From Candidatus Eiseniibacteriota bacterium (GTDB lineage Bacteria > ARS69), in NCBI GenBank assembly GCA_052390515.1, contig JBQTGV010000042.1, positions 1 through 15,676 on the forward strand: 15,676 bases of DNA. The letters are read 5' to 3'. The notes below the pieces were generated by a model that saw only the letters and a list, made by a program, of their open reading frames with translations, ran no database searches and was not told the DNA's origin. Of this stretch, positions 15,308 to 15,676 are shown one piece after another. Position 1 is the first letter of the stretch. Each line of letters opens with the position of its first letter. The translations under genes were made by a program, and so were the position numbers.

Positions 15308-15676
15308 ATGTTCACCCCCCAGTCCCCGACGGGGTTCACCCCGGTCGATGCCGTCCTCGTCCTCACGGGCTCGATCTGGGCGGGACACCTCCACGCCTTC
15401 TTCTGGAAGAACGGCGTCTACGCGGTGATCGTCCTGCTCGGCGTCTTCGCGGCGGCGATGCGCGCGGCCCCGCGAGGATCCTGGGGCCCGGCCGCGATCA
15501 CGGTCCTCACGAGCCTCGGCGTCGTGTTCGTGTTCGGCTCGTCCCCGGTCACTCTCATTCATGCGAAGTCAATCACGCAAGAGGCGAACGCGGCACTCAT
15601 CGACGGCACGGAGACACCACCGCCGCAAAGCAGCGTCGGTCTCCCGATGGGGTTCCTGCTCGTCAACCATGCCATG
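15308..15676 (+). CDS. traG: TraG N-terminal membrane domain protein (3'-truncated by window edge; absent from the ORF track)
   Basis: Open from ATG 15308 to the window end: MFTPQSPTGFTPVDAVLVLTGSIWAGHLHAFFWKNGVYAVIVLLGVF...AITVLTSLGVVFVFG...LPMGFLLVNHAM. The multi-TM layout and the LPMG motif match TraG_N as recalled, and it directly follows traH. Confidence 0.62.
   Translation, partial: MFTPQSPTGFTPVDAVLVLTGSIWAGHLHAFFWKNGVYAVIVLLGVFAAAMRAAPRGSWGPAAITVLTSLGVVFVFGSSPVTLIHAKSITQEANAALIDGTETPPPQSSVGLPMGFLLVNHAM

Larger units (their letters stand above)
1..15676 (+). mobile_element. Internal segment of a conjugative element (ICE or conjugative plasmid) transfer region carrying a type IV pilus module
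   Basis: TraU-, TraF-, TraH- and TraG_N-like genes flank a co-oriented T4P operon. No att site, integrase, rep or relaxase is in the window, so ICE versus plasmid cannot be decided. Confidence 0.7.

Overview
GC-rich window (about 70% by eye) in which all real genes lie on the + strand. It looks like part of the transfer region of a conjugative element (ICE or plasmid) from a diderm bacterium. Gene order: 3' end of a TraU-family gene, an Irc3-like SF2 helicase with a phage-type C-terminal region and a TubC_N-like tail, then a nine-gene type IV pilus (T4P) cluster, then traF-like, traH-like and the 5' end of a traG-like gene. The T4P cluster comprises a PilB/GspE ATPase, PilC/GspF platform, lipoprotein secretin, major pilin, PilMN/GspL-like, PilO-like, PilP-like and two minor pilins. 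The main observation is a T4P module plus helicase embedded between traU and an F-type-ordered traF-traH-traG block. Secondary observations are a Cys-less PilS-like pilin, a secretin with a large gate-loop insertion, a degenerate MshEN motif, and short ORFs coupled by overlapping start/stop codons across most intergenic gaps. All family assignments come from recalled motifs; no database search was run. No relaxase, coupling protein, integrase, prepilin peptidase or PilT is visible in the window.
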